Of a stretch of 19,352 bases of DNA, positions 9,632-19,262 are shown one piece after another. How positions within the stretch are numbered: position 1 is the first letter of the stretch; the number at the start of each line of letters is the position of its first letter. The stretch comes from Octopus sinensis (Eukaryota): NCBI RefSeq assembly GCF_006345805.1, contig NW_021824299.1, positions 1 to 19,352 on the forward strand. The letters are read 5' to 3'. The notes below the pieces were generated by a model, which worked only from the letters and a program-made list of their open reading frames with translations, was not told the DNA's origin and ran no database searches. A program made the translations under genes and the position numbers.

Positions 9632-9673
9632 GGTGCTCCAGTGTGACCGCAGCCGCATTGCTGAAACAAATAC
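9631..9673 (+). repeat. Right arm of the perfect 43-bp inverted repeat
   Basis: tggtgctccagtgtgaccgcagccgcattgctgaaacaaatac. Confidence 0.95.
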
Positions 9674-10379
9674 GAACATATTCAGAAACAACTTAAAATT
9701 TAAGTTTTGAGGCATTTTAATACCACCTTTATATAAAGATTTTGAACAATGTGGACATAAAACCACTTGGCAGAGCGCCATCTGCAAAGAATCAGTCATT
9801 CGAAAATTTCCGGATTAAAAGGGGGGAGGGGGACATAGACAACACAAAAGTTTATTCAGTGTTGCAAATAAAGAGAAGAGAAGTGAGATCAGAAGGTGTT
9901 TCCCGTAACATAATGAAAGGTAAGTTGACAGAGGAATTTCCTAGAGATGTCATCTGAGAATGTGCGGAGATGACTTCTCAAATTTTTGTAGGGAGATTAT
10001 CAAAAGTAGATTACTGGATTTAATCTGGTGTGTATCATTATGCCTGTTAGAGGGCTGTATATTTTACTGCTATAAGATATAAGTTTTTGCTGACCAAATG
10101 GAATAGGGTAGTATAACCATCGCTTATGAAAATTGAACGGAAGATGGTTGTCATAGACAAGTACGGTTTGCAGTTCAGTAAATGGTTTGAACTTATTTAA
10201 CGAGCTTAGAACACGCAAAGAAGAGGATAAAAGTGTGGCGACTTCGGTTTTTTAAGAGTCTTGAATGCTGCCTTTTTCTTCAGCATGTCATACCGAAAAG
10301 ACAAAAACTGCCGCAAAACTCAAGAAGACAGGAATAAACGTGAGATTTGCAGAAAAGACAATTTTTCTTTTAAACTTTG

Positions 10380-10636
10380 CTGTTGTTTCCAAAAGTTTGG
10401 AACATTTTCTTAAAAATTAAAACTGTTTTACCCAAATATATTCACCGTAGATATATACTTACCGAATAACTGATCCAATGCTTCAATATCCTAGGAGAAA
10501 AAAAAAATTTCAGGCCAATGTTCCAGACATTTGGCCAAGTACTAATACAATATATTGCGAATTAAATATTACTTTGAGCATTTAATATAAAGATTCTAAT
10601 TTTCAGACTTATGTTCCAAACTTTTGGCCGCGACTG
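10380..10636. mobile_element. Tc1-like MITE (about 257 bp) with 25-bp TIRs
   Basis: Left ctgttgtttccaaaagtttggaaca (10380-10404) versus reverse complement of the right end cagtcgcggccaaaagtttggaaca (10612-10636): 20/25 identical, inner 16 perfect. The CAGT-like terminus is typical of Tc1. No coding capacity. Confidence 0.7.
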
Positions 10637-10955
10637 TTGAATGATTTAGCTAAACTTTTCAGTCTTCCTGAAAGGAATCGTAATTATCTACAGGTGTGTT
10701 GAAGTCGTCTTGTAACTGGTTGATAAACATGGGAAGACGATGGTGAGAAAACATGCAATGGATAACACAACCGAAAAGGCTGTTAAAATAGCTGAAGTTT
10801 TTGTCCAAACACTAACCAAGAATAAAACTCCAGCTGAACCTTTATTACGGGTTGTGAAATATGAATTTCTTACAAACTGTTAGGAAATAATTTAGTTTAA
10901 GGTTACAAGGTTAATAATCTCTGGGAAATGCCTTACTGAATAACTGACTATTAGC

Positions 10956-11045
<90 letters not shown>

Positions 11046-11072
11046 TATATACAACGTGTGTGCGTGCGTGTG
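10956..11072. repeat. (TA)n/(TG) microsatellite
   Basis: Direct reading. Confidence 0.9.
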
Positions 11073-11493
11073 TAAAGGTAAAATAAAAGGATCAAGGTGT
11101 AGGAAGTTAGTGAGTTCCAAGCAGTCTGTAGAAGATAATAAAAAATAAATAAATAAAACAACTTTCAGGAACATTAGTGATTTATTGGCGAAGAAGTTTG
11201 TGAACCCCCCCCCCCCTTGAAGTACGATAAGCTGAAAAAAAAAGGATAATTTATAGTTGACGGTTCACAACTGGGGTTGTTGTATATGCCCATAAACATT
11301 CAAATATTAGGGAATGGAATAAATAAAATACAGGCTTCATGTGTTTCCTTCTGCAGAACCTCGGAAGTAGTAATTATCCAGACGAGGAGTAGGCTGCAAG
11401 ATACTCTTCAGGCCAAGGATAACAAGATTACACGAAGTTTACATTGTCGTTAGAAGATCTTATGTTAACTTGCAGGGAATTCGATCGAAAAGA

Positions 11494-11556
11494 CATACAT
11501 ACATACATACATACATACATACATACATACATACATACACACATACATATACATAT
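11494..11556. repeat. (CATA)n tetranucleotide microsatellite
   Basis: Direct reading. Confidence 0.95.
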
Positions 11557-12464
11557 AAATTAATGTTCACATATGCACACGCATTCTCAGTTCCTCCCAA
11601 AGTACCTATACATCCACACCTGTACTTATACAAAAATTAAAATATTAAATACATGTTCATAAACAGATTTTCTTCACATATATGCATCATATGCGCCGCT
11701 CAAGTACATGAATACCTTTGCGCATGCATATAAAGCTACATTCAATTTTACATACACATGTATTTATACGCAAGCATACACACACACAGAGTACCTTATT
11801 CAATGCAAGCAGTTACGCATTGTTACTAATAGTTTCATAATAGACTTAAAGCGGCCCAATCAATCATCGGACGATATAGGACCCAACGATTTTGTATCGT
11901 AATATGGTACCGGGTGAATCGTAGGTTAATGGGAGAATGGCAAAAATAAATGGCGAAAGGTCTGCGACAGCTTTGATAGTACGGTCGCATGTTCGTTTTC
12001 ATGGCGAGAAGTTTTACGTTTAAATTAATTTAAAATTCCTAAACTAAAACTAATTTTTTTTTACAATAATCTTTTTTCTTACAACATCGAATAACTTTGA
12101 TCTTAATTTACTTTCAAAACTAATAATAAAGTGGTTCATTGTATGATGAGGTTACCGAACATTTTACATCTCAAAGGAGAAGAATTGAATTCACATATAA
12201 AGGATTTAAGCTAGTAAAATTATATGATTCCTTATTCTTCAGCGTGTGAGCATAAGAAAATTATGGCTTATCTCAGAATGCATACAATTTATAGGGTATT
12301 ATTAATTCAGTTTAATTTAGTGCGATATGTCTGTATCCCAAATGAATTATATTTTGGATCCTGCGTTTTGAATAGAAATACAAAGTTTCTATGTCTGATC
12401 TAAGTAATACTAATGTTGGTCATGGTGTGGTCAGTGTAGCTGACAATCACCACCACACGCCACT

Positions 12465-13403
12465 GGTCAAGAGGATATGGTGGATAGGGTAAGAGATCAA
12501 CTTTGTTCGAGTAACAAAAGACCCATGAAGTTTGGCGTTTTATTGTTGGAACACAAAGCCCTCTCCTTCTGGCTAGTTCTAGTCAGAACCGATCGTCTGA
12601 TCGTGTGAAAGTAGTTCAGAATAATTAATAGCTTTGAAATCCCGCTACACACAAAGTAGACATTTTTTTGCATGCCTGTTCCATTTTGGTGGATTCTCAC
12701 GCAAACCCTCGGATCATTTTAGCCTTTTCTTATCGTTGACAATCCATTATTCAACAGCCGTTGCCAATCGCCCCCACCCCAAAGTTTAGTTTCATTGCAT
12801 TTTAAGAGCATAATCGCTGATGGAATATCGATACAAGCGGCTTTTCTCTCACAGGTTGTCCAAGGAAACATATATCATTGTAGAATATGTATCCGAATTT
12901 CATTAATTATTCATGACCAGTAATTTTGGGAACTTCCAACATCTCTCTTAGTTCCGTAAACGTGATTTTTAGGTCGGCTTCAATGTTTACCGTCAAAAGA
13001 TCATCGACCAACTCTGAAAGTTTTCCAGAGCCATTTGCCTCTTCTAAGATGAAATCCTTGCTTTTGAATTTTACAAATCACCTCCGAGCCGTTGATTCAC
13101 CTACATCGCTTTCACTATAAAATTCAAAAGTAGTTTTAAACGTTTCTGCAGCGTTTTCATTCTTCTTAAAAGAAGAAACACATCACGTATCGAAAATGCG
13201 AATTTTGGCAATCCTCTTTTGACCTTGATAAAGGCTGACAAAAGTAAGAGTCACACTGATTTTTGGCATGAGATGTAAACGGTAGATTACCAGGCTACGA
13301 CAGGTGATGCCAAGATATCAGTCGTACCAATATTAGACTTGTTTAATGAAGCATTTAAAGAAGACAACTGTTGAAATTGCTCAGAACTTTCAAGACGACC
13401 CAT
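12465..13403 (-). mobile_element. Old mariner element, near-complete decayed transposase, 3' end missing
   Basis: Across stops and frameshifts the minus strand reads HFRYVM..ENAAETFK...ESTARR*FVKFKSKDFILEE, RLATAVE*WIV (VTGDEKWIV), KCLLCV*RDFKAINYSELLSHDQTI (LLCVWWD), FVFQQ*NAKLH (HDNARPH) and LPYPPYPLD (HPPYSPD). The 5' end gggtcgtcttgaaaagttctgagcaattt resembles the TIR at 6470. Confidence 0.9.
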
Positions 13404-13874
13404 GGGCTAAACAACCACAAGAATAATAACGACAACAATCTTTTCTCATTTTGTTACCTAAAAACCCTTCACATTCTTGTTGTTGTCGTTGTGGGAGGCG
13501 TAATGGCACTCCATGCATGACCGTTCCATATTATCAACAGATACCAAGTATGTCGGTCTACACTATCTAAATGGGTTCTTTTGTCCCTTAAGATTGTAGG
13601 GTATATTTTCTGGATCGATGGGAGTATTTTTGACTGCTACCTTCAGCTAATCAAGTGATCACTTTGTACCATTCGTGTACAGATGTCCTTACCACAAACC
13701 TACAAAGCACCATTCCTTCTGGTGAGATATTTGAAATAGTTACCATCGGGATAGGGGTAATAAGGGGCTTCGGAATGGTGGGGGTTATTCATGTTTAATG
13801 GTGTTTTTCAACTAAGATCTTTGATATATATAATGAAGAAGTACAATAAAAATTACTACAAGAATATTTCTTTA

Positions 13875-14040
13875 ATTTTCAGCTCAAAGCAAGCGGTTTT
13901 TGAGGGGAGGGTTAAGTCAATTCAATCGATGCCCAGTATTTGACTGGTACATTATGTTATCGACCTTCAAAGGATAAAAGGCAAAGTTAATCTCAGAAGA
14001 ATTTGAACTCAAAACGTTGAGTCAGATAAAATGTCGCTAG
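13875..14040 (-). mobile_element. tRNA-derived SINE (ATT-tailed family), degenerate, head-truncated
   Basis: atcgaccttcaaaggataaaaggcaaagttaatctcagaagaatttgaactcaaaacg is homologous to the copies listed below. Confidence 0.8.
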
Positions 14041-14050
14041 ATAATAATAA

Positions 14051-14267
14051 CGGTTTCAAATTTTGGCACAAGGTGAGCGAGTTAAGGGGAGGGGGATAAA
14101 TCGATTACATCAACCCCAGTGTTCTGCTGGTACTTTTTTCATCGACCCCGAAAGGATGAAAGGCAAAATCGACCTCGGTGGAATTTGAGCTCAGAACTTA
14201 AAGACGAGCGAAATACCACTAAGCATTTTGCTCGGCGTCATGCTAACGACACTGCCAGCACGCGGAC
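14051..14267 (-). mobile_element. tRNA-derived SINE (ATT-tailed family), full length
   Basis: The reverse complement begins with ..gtgctggcagtgtcgttagc (A-box), has gttctgagctcaaattcc (B-box) and gcctttcatcctttcggggtcgat (conserved central domain, possibly Meta-type), and ends in a (TTA)n tail. Confidence 0.88.
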
Positions 14268-14276
14268 TTAACACTC

Positions 14277-14395
14277 ATAATAATAATAATAATAATAAAC
14301 ATAATAATAATAATATTAATAATAATAATATATGAAAACAATTAGTATTAATATGAAATAAATAATAATAATATATAATAATTAATAATAATTAT
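14277..14395. repeat. (AAT)n array, degenerate
   Basis: Direct reading. Confidence 0.9.
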
Positions 14396-14747
14396 AAGCA
14401 TAAAAATGGTAGAACTGAAAAGAAGATGGTATAGGTATACTCCAGAAAAATCTCATAAAACGACAAAGCAACTATACTCTGGGATATGTCAATACACATA
14501 GATAGAGAGATCAAGGCTAACACGCTAGATATTGTAATCAGGGATGAAAAAAAAAACCCTTCTAATCGATTATCAGTCCCAACAGCTGGCAATGGTATCT
14601 CTAAATGAAAGTGGGAAAATCTCGAAATAGAAAGACCTGGAAAAAGAGACTACCCGAATGTAGAATCTCAAGACAAATAAATACTATAATAAAAGGTGCA
14701 TTAGTTATGGGGAAAAGGGAACAGACTAGTACACCAGGACTTACGAC
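14396..14747 (+). mobile_element. R4/Dong-clade non-LTR retrotransposon, restriction-like endonuclease region, 5'-truncated, starting in (AAT)n
   Basis: WYRYTPEK / NDKATILWDMSIHIDREIKANTLDIVIRDEKK (NRPD motif decayed) / LID / KISK*KDLEKETTRM*NLKT / IIKGALVM..TPGLT. This is the PD-(D/E)xK RLE C-terminus of R4/Dong. Confidence 0.9.
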
Positions 14748-14749
14748 CT

Positions 14750-14830
<81 letters not shown>

Positions 14831-14971
14831 GACATTTTTTCTCTCCTTGTTTTTTTCTGTGTCCCTTTTTGTAGAAGAGCGTAGAGAATTGGGAATGGTA
14901 AAAAGATATGAAAAAAAATGGTAGAAACTATACCTGCACCCTCAACACTGCACACTCTCCATATATATATA

Positions 14972-15042
<71 letters not shown>

Positions 15043-15127
15043 ATATATATATATATTATAATATATATATGTATATATATATATATATATTATATGTATA
15101 TATATATATATATATTATATATATATA

Positions 15128-15193
<66 letters not shown>

Positions 15194-15196
15194 TAT

Positions 15197-15231
<35 letters not shown>
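14748..15231. repeat. (CT)n plus long (TA)n field with an embedded unique segment
   Basis: (CT)n at 14749-14789, TA to about 14826, unique segment 14827-14960, TA-rich tract 14961-15231. Confidence 0.9.
14832..14910 (+). mobile_element. Relic of the hammerhead-bearing repeat
   Basis: ttttttctctccttgtttttttctgtgtccctttttgtagaagagcgtag...gtaaaaagat versus the 9400-copy reverse complement tttttctctccttgtttctttcc...tttctgtgtatctttctgtcgaagagcgtagg...gtaaaagac. The GCTCGAAAC half is destroyed. Confidence 0.65.
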
Positions 15232-15232
15232 G

Positions 15233-15610
15233 GTCTTGTTAGGAACAGCCCACATCCTACGCAAGACATTATCAATTCAATAATACAACCTAAACAAAAC
15301 AATCAGCAAATAAAAGACACACTTTGTACAGTAAATATCCAACGAAATAAACAGCGACCACAACATGTATTCTACAGGTCGGATACCCGACAAAAGAATA
15401 CAACTCGCATTACACACACAGCACAAAATACAAACATTAATACGACAAAAAAAAAAGAAAAAATGCAACCAGACCGCATAACAAAACAAATGGATGCAAG
15501 ACAATACCTGGAAGATTTTACAGACTCTCCAACAACAACAACAAAACACACACACACACACAGACACACACACAATGCCGCACATACCCCAGCAACAGGG
15601 AGGTGAAACA
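15233..15610 (+). mobile_element. R4/Dong LINE terminal coding segment plus probable 3' UTR
   Basis: VLLGTAHILRKTLSIQ* (stop at 15281-15283), the conserved R4/Dong C-terminal LLGTAxILR motif, followed by an A/C-rich UTR-like tract. Confidence 0.8.
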
Positions 15611-15638
15611 GTAGAAATCTGCCTGAAACTATCAAATG

Positions 15639-15692
15639 TTTTTTTTTTATCTAGTTTCAGCTCACGAGCTGTGGCCATGCTGGGGCACCGCC
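15639..15692 (-). mobile_element. SINE 3' tail fragment
   Basis: Reverse complement ggcggtgccccagcatggccacagctcgtgagctgaaactagataaaaaa is related to the 9631-9673 arm. Confidence 0.7.
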
Positions 15693-15694
15693 AT

Positions 15695-15700
15695 TATAAC

Positions 15701-15736
<36 letters not shown>

Positions 15737-15965
15737 TAATAATAATAATAATGATGATGAATGATGATGAAGATGATAATGACGATGGTGATGATAATAA
15801 TAATAATGATGAAATAATAACATATAATATAATAATAATAATAATAATATAATAATAATAATAATAAATAATATAATAATAATATAATAATAATAATAAA
15901 AATAAAAAATAATAATAATAATAATAATAATAATCATAATAATAATAATAATAATAACAACAACA
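15695..15965. repeat. Compound (AAT)n/(GAT)n array
   Basis: Direct reading. Confidence 0.95.
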
Positions 15966-16148
15966 ATTTCGTATATTTGCCTCAAGGGTAAATCATAAGA
16001 AGGGCATTACAAGGACAATTTGTGTGGGAGTTTGCATAAAAGATGAGGGAAAGAAAAGGAAAGGAACAGGGATGAGATAAAATAGTATACAAAATATAAG
16101 AACACATGGATGATGCAGTCCGGAGGCAGAGAGCTTCAGCGAGGAACA

Positions 16149-16194
<46 letters not shown>

Positions 16195-16299
16195 GAGCAT
16201 TGTCGATGTGAGAACTGTTGCTGCTCATGTATTTTAATTTAACTTAAAAAAAAAAAAATTTTTTAAATGAACGAACTATTGAGTTTGGTTTAATGGCCT

Positions 16300-16390
16300 A
16301 CCAATGTATACTATGAGTTTCTTTGCCCTAGGATCGGGAAGACACTCGGCAAGAAATGGAAGCAAATTTGAAAGAAGAAAAAAAAAAAAT
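16300..16390 (+). mobile_element. Probable R4/Dong-type 3' UTR end
   Basis: ctttgccctaggatcgggaagacactcggc...A-rich run then (AAT)n. Resembles ctcctgaggtctctgggtgagacttgg at 16985 and recalled Dong 3' ends. Confidence 0.45.
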
Positions 16391-16408
16391 AATAATAGTA
16401 ATAATAAT

Positions 16409-16620
16409 CTTTTCTACACTAGGTACAAGGCCCGAAATTTTTGGGGAGGGGCCAGTCGATTAGATCGACCCCATTATGCAACCGGTGCTTAACTTATCGA
16501 CCCCGAAAGGATGGAAGACAAAATCGACGTCAGCGGAATTTGAACTCAGAACGTAAAGACGAGCGAAATGCGACTATGCATTTTGGTCGGTGTGCTAACG
16601 ATTCTGCCATCTCGTTGCCT
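16409..16620 (-). mobile_element. tRNA-derived SINE (ATT-tailed family), full length
   Basis: tcgattagatcgacccc...atcgaccccgaaaggatg...cggaatttgaactcagaacgtaaagacgagcgaaat...gctaacgattctgcca, flanked by (AAT)n on both sides. Confidence 0.9.
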
Positions 16621-16645
16621 TAATAATAATAATAACAATAATAAT

Positions 16646-16848
16646 GGTTTCAAATTGTAGCACAAGGCCAGCAAATCCGAGGTAGGGGGGAGCACAGTCG
16701 ATTACATCGACCCCCACTTATTTCATTGACTCCGAAAGGTTGAGAGGTAAAGTTGAGATCGTTGGAATTTGAACTCAGAACGTTAAGATGGACGAAATCC
16801 CGCTAAGCATTTCGTCCGGCGTGCTAACGATCTTCTCTGCTCGCCGTA
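16646..16848 (-). mobile_element. tRNA-derived SINE (ATT-tailed family), full length
   Basis: Same motifs: ggaatttgaactcagaacg, gctaagcatttcgtccggcgtgctaacg. Flanked by (AAT)n. Confidence 0.9.
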
Positions 16849-16852
16849 GTTA

Positions 16853-16908
<56 letters not shown>

Positions 16909-16925
16909 TAATAATAATAATAATA

Positions 16926-17045
16926 AAACCCCCAAATATATGGCACACTAGGCATAACAACAACATGAACTTCCAGCCTGTTGTCTCCTGAGGTCTCTGG
17001 GTGAGACTTGGAGCCAACTTGTACAAATATAAAGCAAAAGTCATA

Positions 17046-17047
<2 letters not shown>
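16926..17047 (+). mobile_element. Probable R4/Dong LINE 3' UTR fragment between two (AAT)n arrays
   Basis: About 120 bp of unique sequence (cctgaggtctctgggtgagacttggagccaacttgtacaaat...caaaagtc) with pure (AAT)n on both sides. Family call is from recalled sequence. Confidence 0.55.
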
Positions 17048-17101
<54 letters not shown>

Positions 17102-17122
17102 TTGATGATGATGATGATGATA

Positions 17123-17329
17123 TTTCAAATGTTTTCCTCAAGAGCAGCTTGCGGAGGAGATTAGGTCGATTACATCGACCCCAATCCGTATCTGGTACTT
17201 AATTTATCGACCCAAAACGATGAAAGGCAAAGTCAACCTCGGCGGAATTTGAACTCAGAACGTAGCGACGGACGAAATACAGCTAAGCATTTCGTCCAGC
17301 GTGCTAACGGTTCTGCCAGCTCGCCGCTT
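17123..17329 (-). mobile_element. tRNA-derived SINE (ATT-tailed family), full length
   Basis: The best-preserved head: reverse complement ggcgagctggcagaaccgttagcacgctggacgaaatgcttagc...gttctgagttcaaattccgccgaggttgactttgcctttcatc. Confidence 0.92.
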
Positions 17330-17344
17330 TAATAATAATATTGA

Positions 17345-17685
17345 TGAGAAGAAGAAGAAGAAGAAGAAGAAGAAGAAGAAGAAGAAGAAGAAGAAGAAGG
17401 AGAAGAAGAAGAAGAAGAAGAAGACGAAGAAGAAGAAGAAGAAGACGAAGAAGAAGAGAAGAAGACGAAGAAGAAGACGAAAGAAGATAAGAAGAAGAAG
17501 AATAAGAAGAAGACGAAGAAGATAATGAAGACTAAGAAGAAGAAGAAGACGAAGAAGAAGAATAAAAGAAGAAATAAAGAAAATAAGAAGACGAAGAAGA
17601 AGAAGAAAAGAAGAAGAGAAGAAGAAGAAGAAGAAGAATAAGAAGAATAAGAAAAATAAAAAGAAGAAGAAAAGAAGAACAGCAA
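17345..17685. repeat. Long compound (GAA)n trinucleotide array with GAC/TAA variants
   Basis: Direct reading. It produces the poly-K/R and poly-S/F pseudo-ORFs. Confidence 0.97.
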
Positions 17686-17719
17686 CAATAACAATAATAT
17701 TGATAATAATAATAATAAT

Positions 17720-17805
17720 CTGTTTAGTACAGTTCCAGAAAACAGTGTTATTAGGGACAGCCAGGATACTTAGGTGGGTTCTTGGTATCTGTTGAGTGTA
17801 TGTGA

Positions 17806-17806
<1 letters not shown>
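17720..17806 (+). mobile_element. Extremely 5'-truncated R4/Dong fragment between (AAT)n arrays
   Basis: VQFQKTVLLGTARILRWVLGIC* (TGA at 17793-17795), the QKxVLLGTARILRxVL R4/Dong terminus. Confidence 0.85.
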
Positions 17807-17859
<53 letters not shown>

Positions 17860-18370
17860 TCTTGTAAATGTCAAGGAAATGAACTTACGTTCTAGAAATT
17901 GATTGCTCGTCAGCTGTGGTGGTTCCTCTATTACGATGTCGTATGCACACGTATTTTATTTCTCCTTTCGTTTCGTGTCGCTTCCTCTCGTTTATTGTTA
18001 GAAAGAAAAGTTTCAAACTGTTTGTGCTGAGACATATGGACTCGATCCTTATGAATATGTGTGTACACGTGTGTGTGTGTGTGTGTGTGTGCGGTCAAGG
18101 AATTATGGCCTGGGAAGGCTGTGTCACATGCAGTCCGTTGTCCGTGACAATCCTTCGGCTTTAATTAAATGATAATCCCTCTGTCTCGCTGTCAATCATT
18201 CGATTCATCGATGATTTGTGTTATTTTGCTTCTTTCTTTTTTTCTTTTCTTTTGTATCTTCTCGTTATTTTTGTTCAGTATTTTCTGTCTTTCGAAATCG
18301 TCTCGCAGCAAAAACAACATATGACATCGACAAAAACTCTACAAAACAATATGTATGTATGTATGTATAT

Positions 18371-18371
<1 letters not shown>

Positions 18372-18455
<84 letters not shown>

Positions 18456-18460
18456 GAGAG
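18372..18460. repeat. (GA)n microsatellite
   Basis: Direct reading. Confidence 0.97.
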
Positions 18461-18759
18461 ATAAATAGATAGATTAGATAGATAAATATACGTACATATA
18501 TAAACATACATACACAATGCCGAAGTTTGAATACACAACTGGTGTATATTATATTTTTATGTTTTAGTCTGTTTTCTAAAAAGCTGCAAACATAGGTCCT
18601 AGTGGAGAACCCATTGTCAATCCGTCTTGTGTAAAAATTTGCGTGCAGCGAAAAGGAACTTCGGTTGTACACATCATAAGTAGATATTTTTAACAACAGC
18701 GGCACCTTATCGCTTCGCCTATTGTCACCCGCAGTAACAATTGCGAGCCAACGTGCGAG

Positions 18760-18939
18760 CGTTTACAGCCTGCTAGACATAGTAACAAAATCTCCCCTCA
18801 GCTGACACGTTCTTATAAAAGACACATTCGATAATGTGATCCTGGTTCTTTGCACGCCCCCCCCCCAAGATGGGATAGTTACGGCTGGAATGGTTTTGAT
18901 CATAGTTGTGCAGGATCTAGCTGACCTGGGGTTAACAAC
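18760..18939 (+). mobile_element. Interspersed repeat 3' portion ending in an (AAC) tail (SINE- or RTE-like)
   Basis: Homologous to 8603-8668. Ends gctgacctggggttaacaac followed by trinucleotide repeats. Confidence 0.65.
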
Positions 18940-19144
18940 GTCGTCGTCATCATCATCAACAACAGCAATAAAGAATATAAAACGGGAAAGGGATATAGTT
19001 TCGAGTAGCGATCGAACTCATGACCTTGCGCGTTATAAACAAAGTTTGCATGTGGCATGAGTTGGTTACCCAGTAAGGATACATAACTTCTGAGGGTAAC
19101 GAAGGGTTTATCGCAGACTATAACAACAGCGGCAACAACAGGTA

Positions 19145-19221
19145 CAATATCATCATCGTCATCATCACCATGATCGTCGTCGTCATCATCATCATCGTCA
19201 TCATCACCATGATTGTCGTCG

Positions 19222-19262
<41 letters not shown>

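Noticed and set aside
10690-10885. Short open frame LVDKHGKTMVRK...EPLLRVVKYEFLTNC
   Set aside because: Bounded by stops, no recognisable domain and no clear splice sites.
11345-11440. Splice-acceptor-like tttccttctgcag followed by an open frame (possible exon)
   Set aside because: No convincing donor, no recognisable peptide and no neighbouring exons.
8003-17329. Repeated units separated by spacers considered as a CRISPR-like array
   Set aside because: Eukaryotic context; units are about 200-bp diverged SINEs with microsatellite spacers, or a two-copy tandem duplication, and there are no cas genes.
18281-18303. tttCTGTC-ttt-CGAAAtCGTC after a pyrimidine-rich tract, a possible hammerhead repeat with helix II deleted
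   Set aside because: The match is too short and the downstream flank does not align with the other copies.
18590-18690. Short open frame GPSGEPIVNPSCVKICVQRKGT (possible exon)
   Set aside because: Weak splice context and no recognisable family.
18995-19030. B-box-like ggtcatgagttcgatc on the minus strand (tRNA gene?)
   Set aside because: No cloverleaf or A-box in the right position; at most a SINE head remnant.
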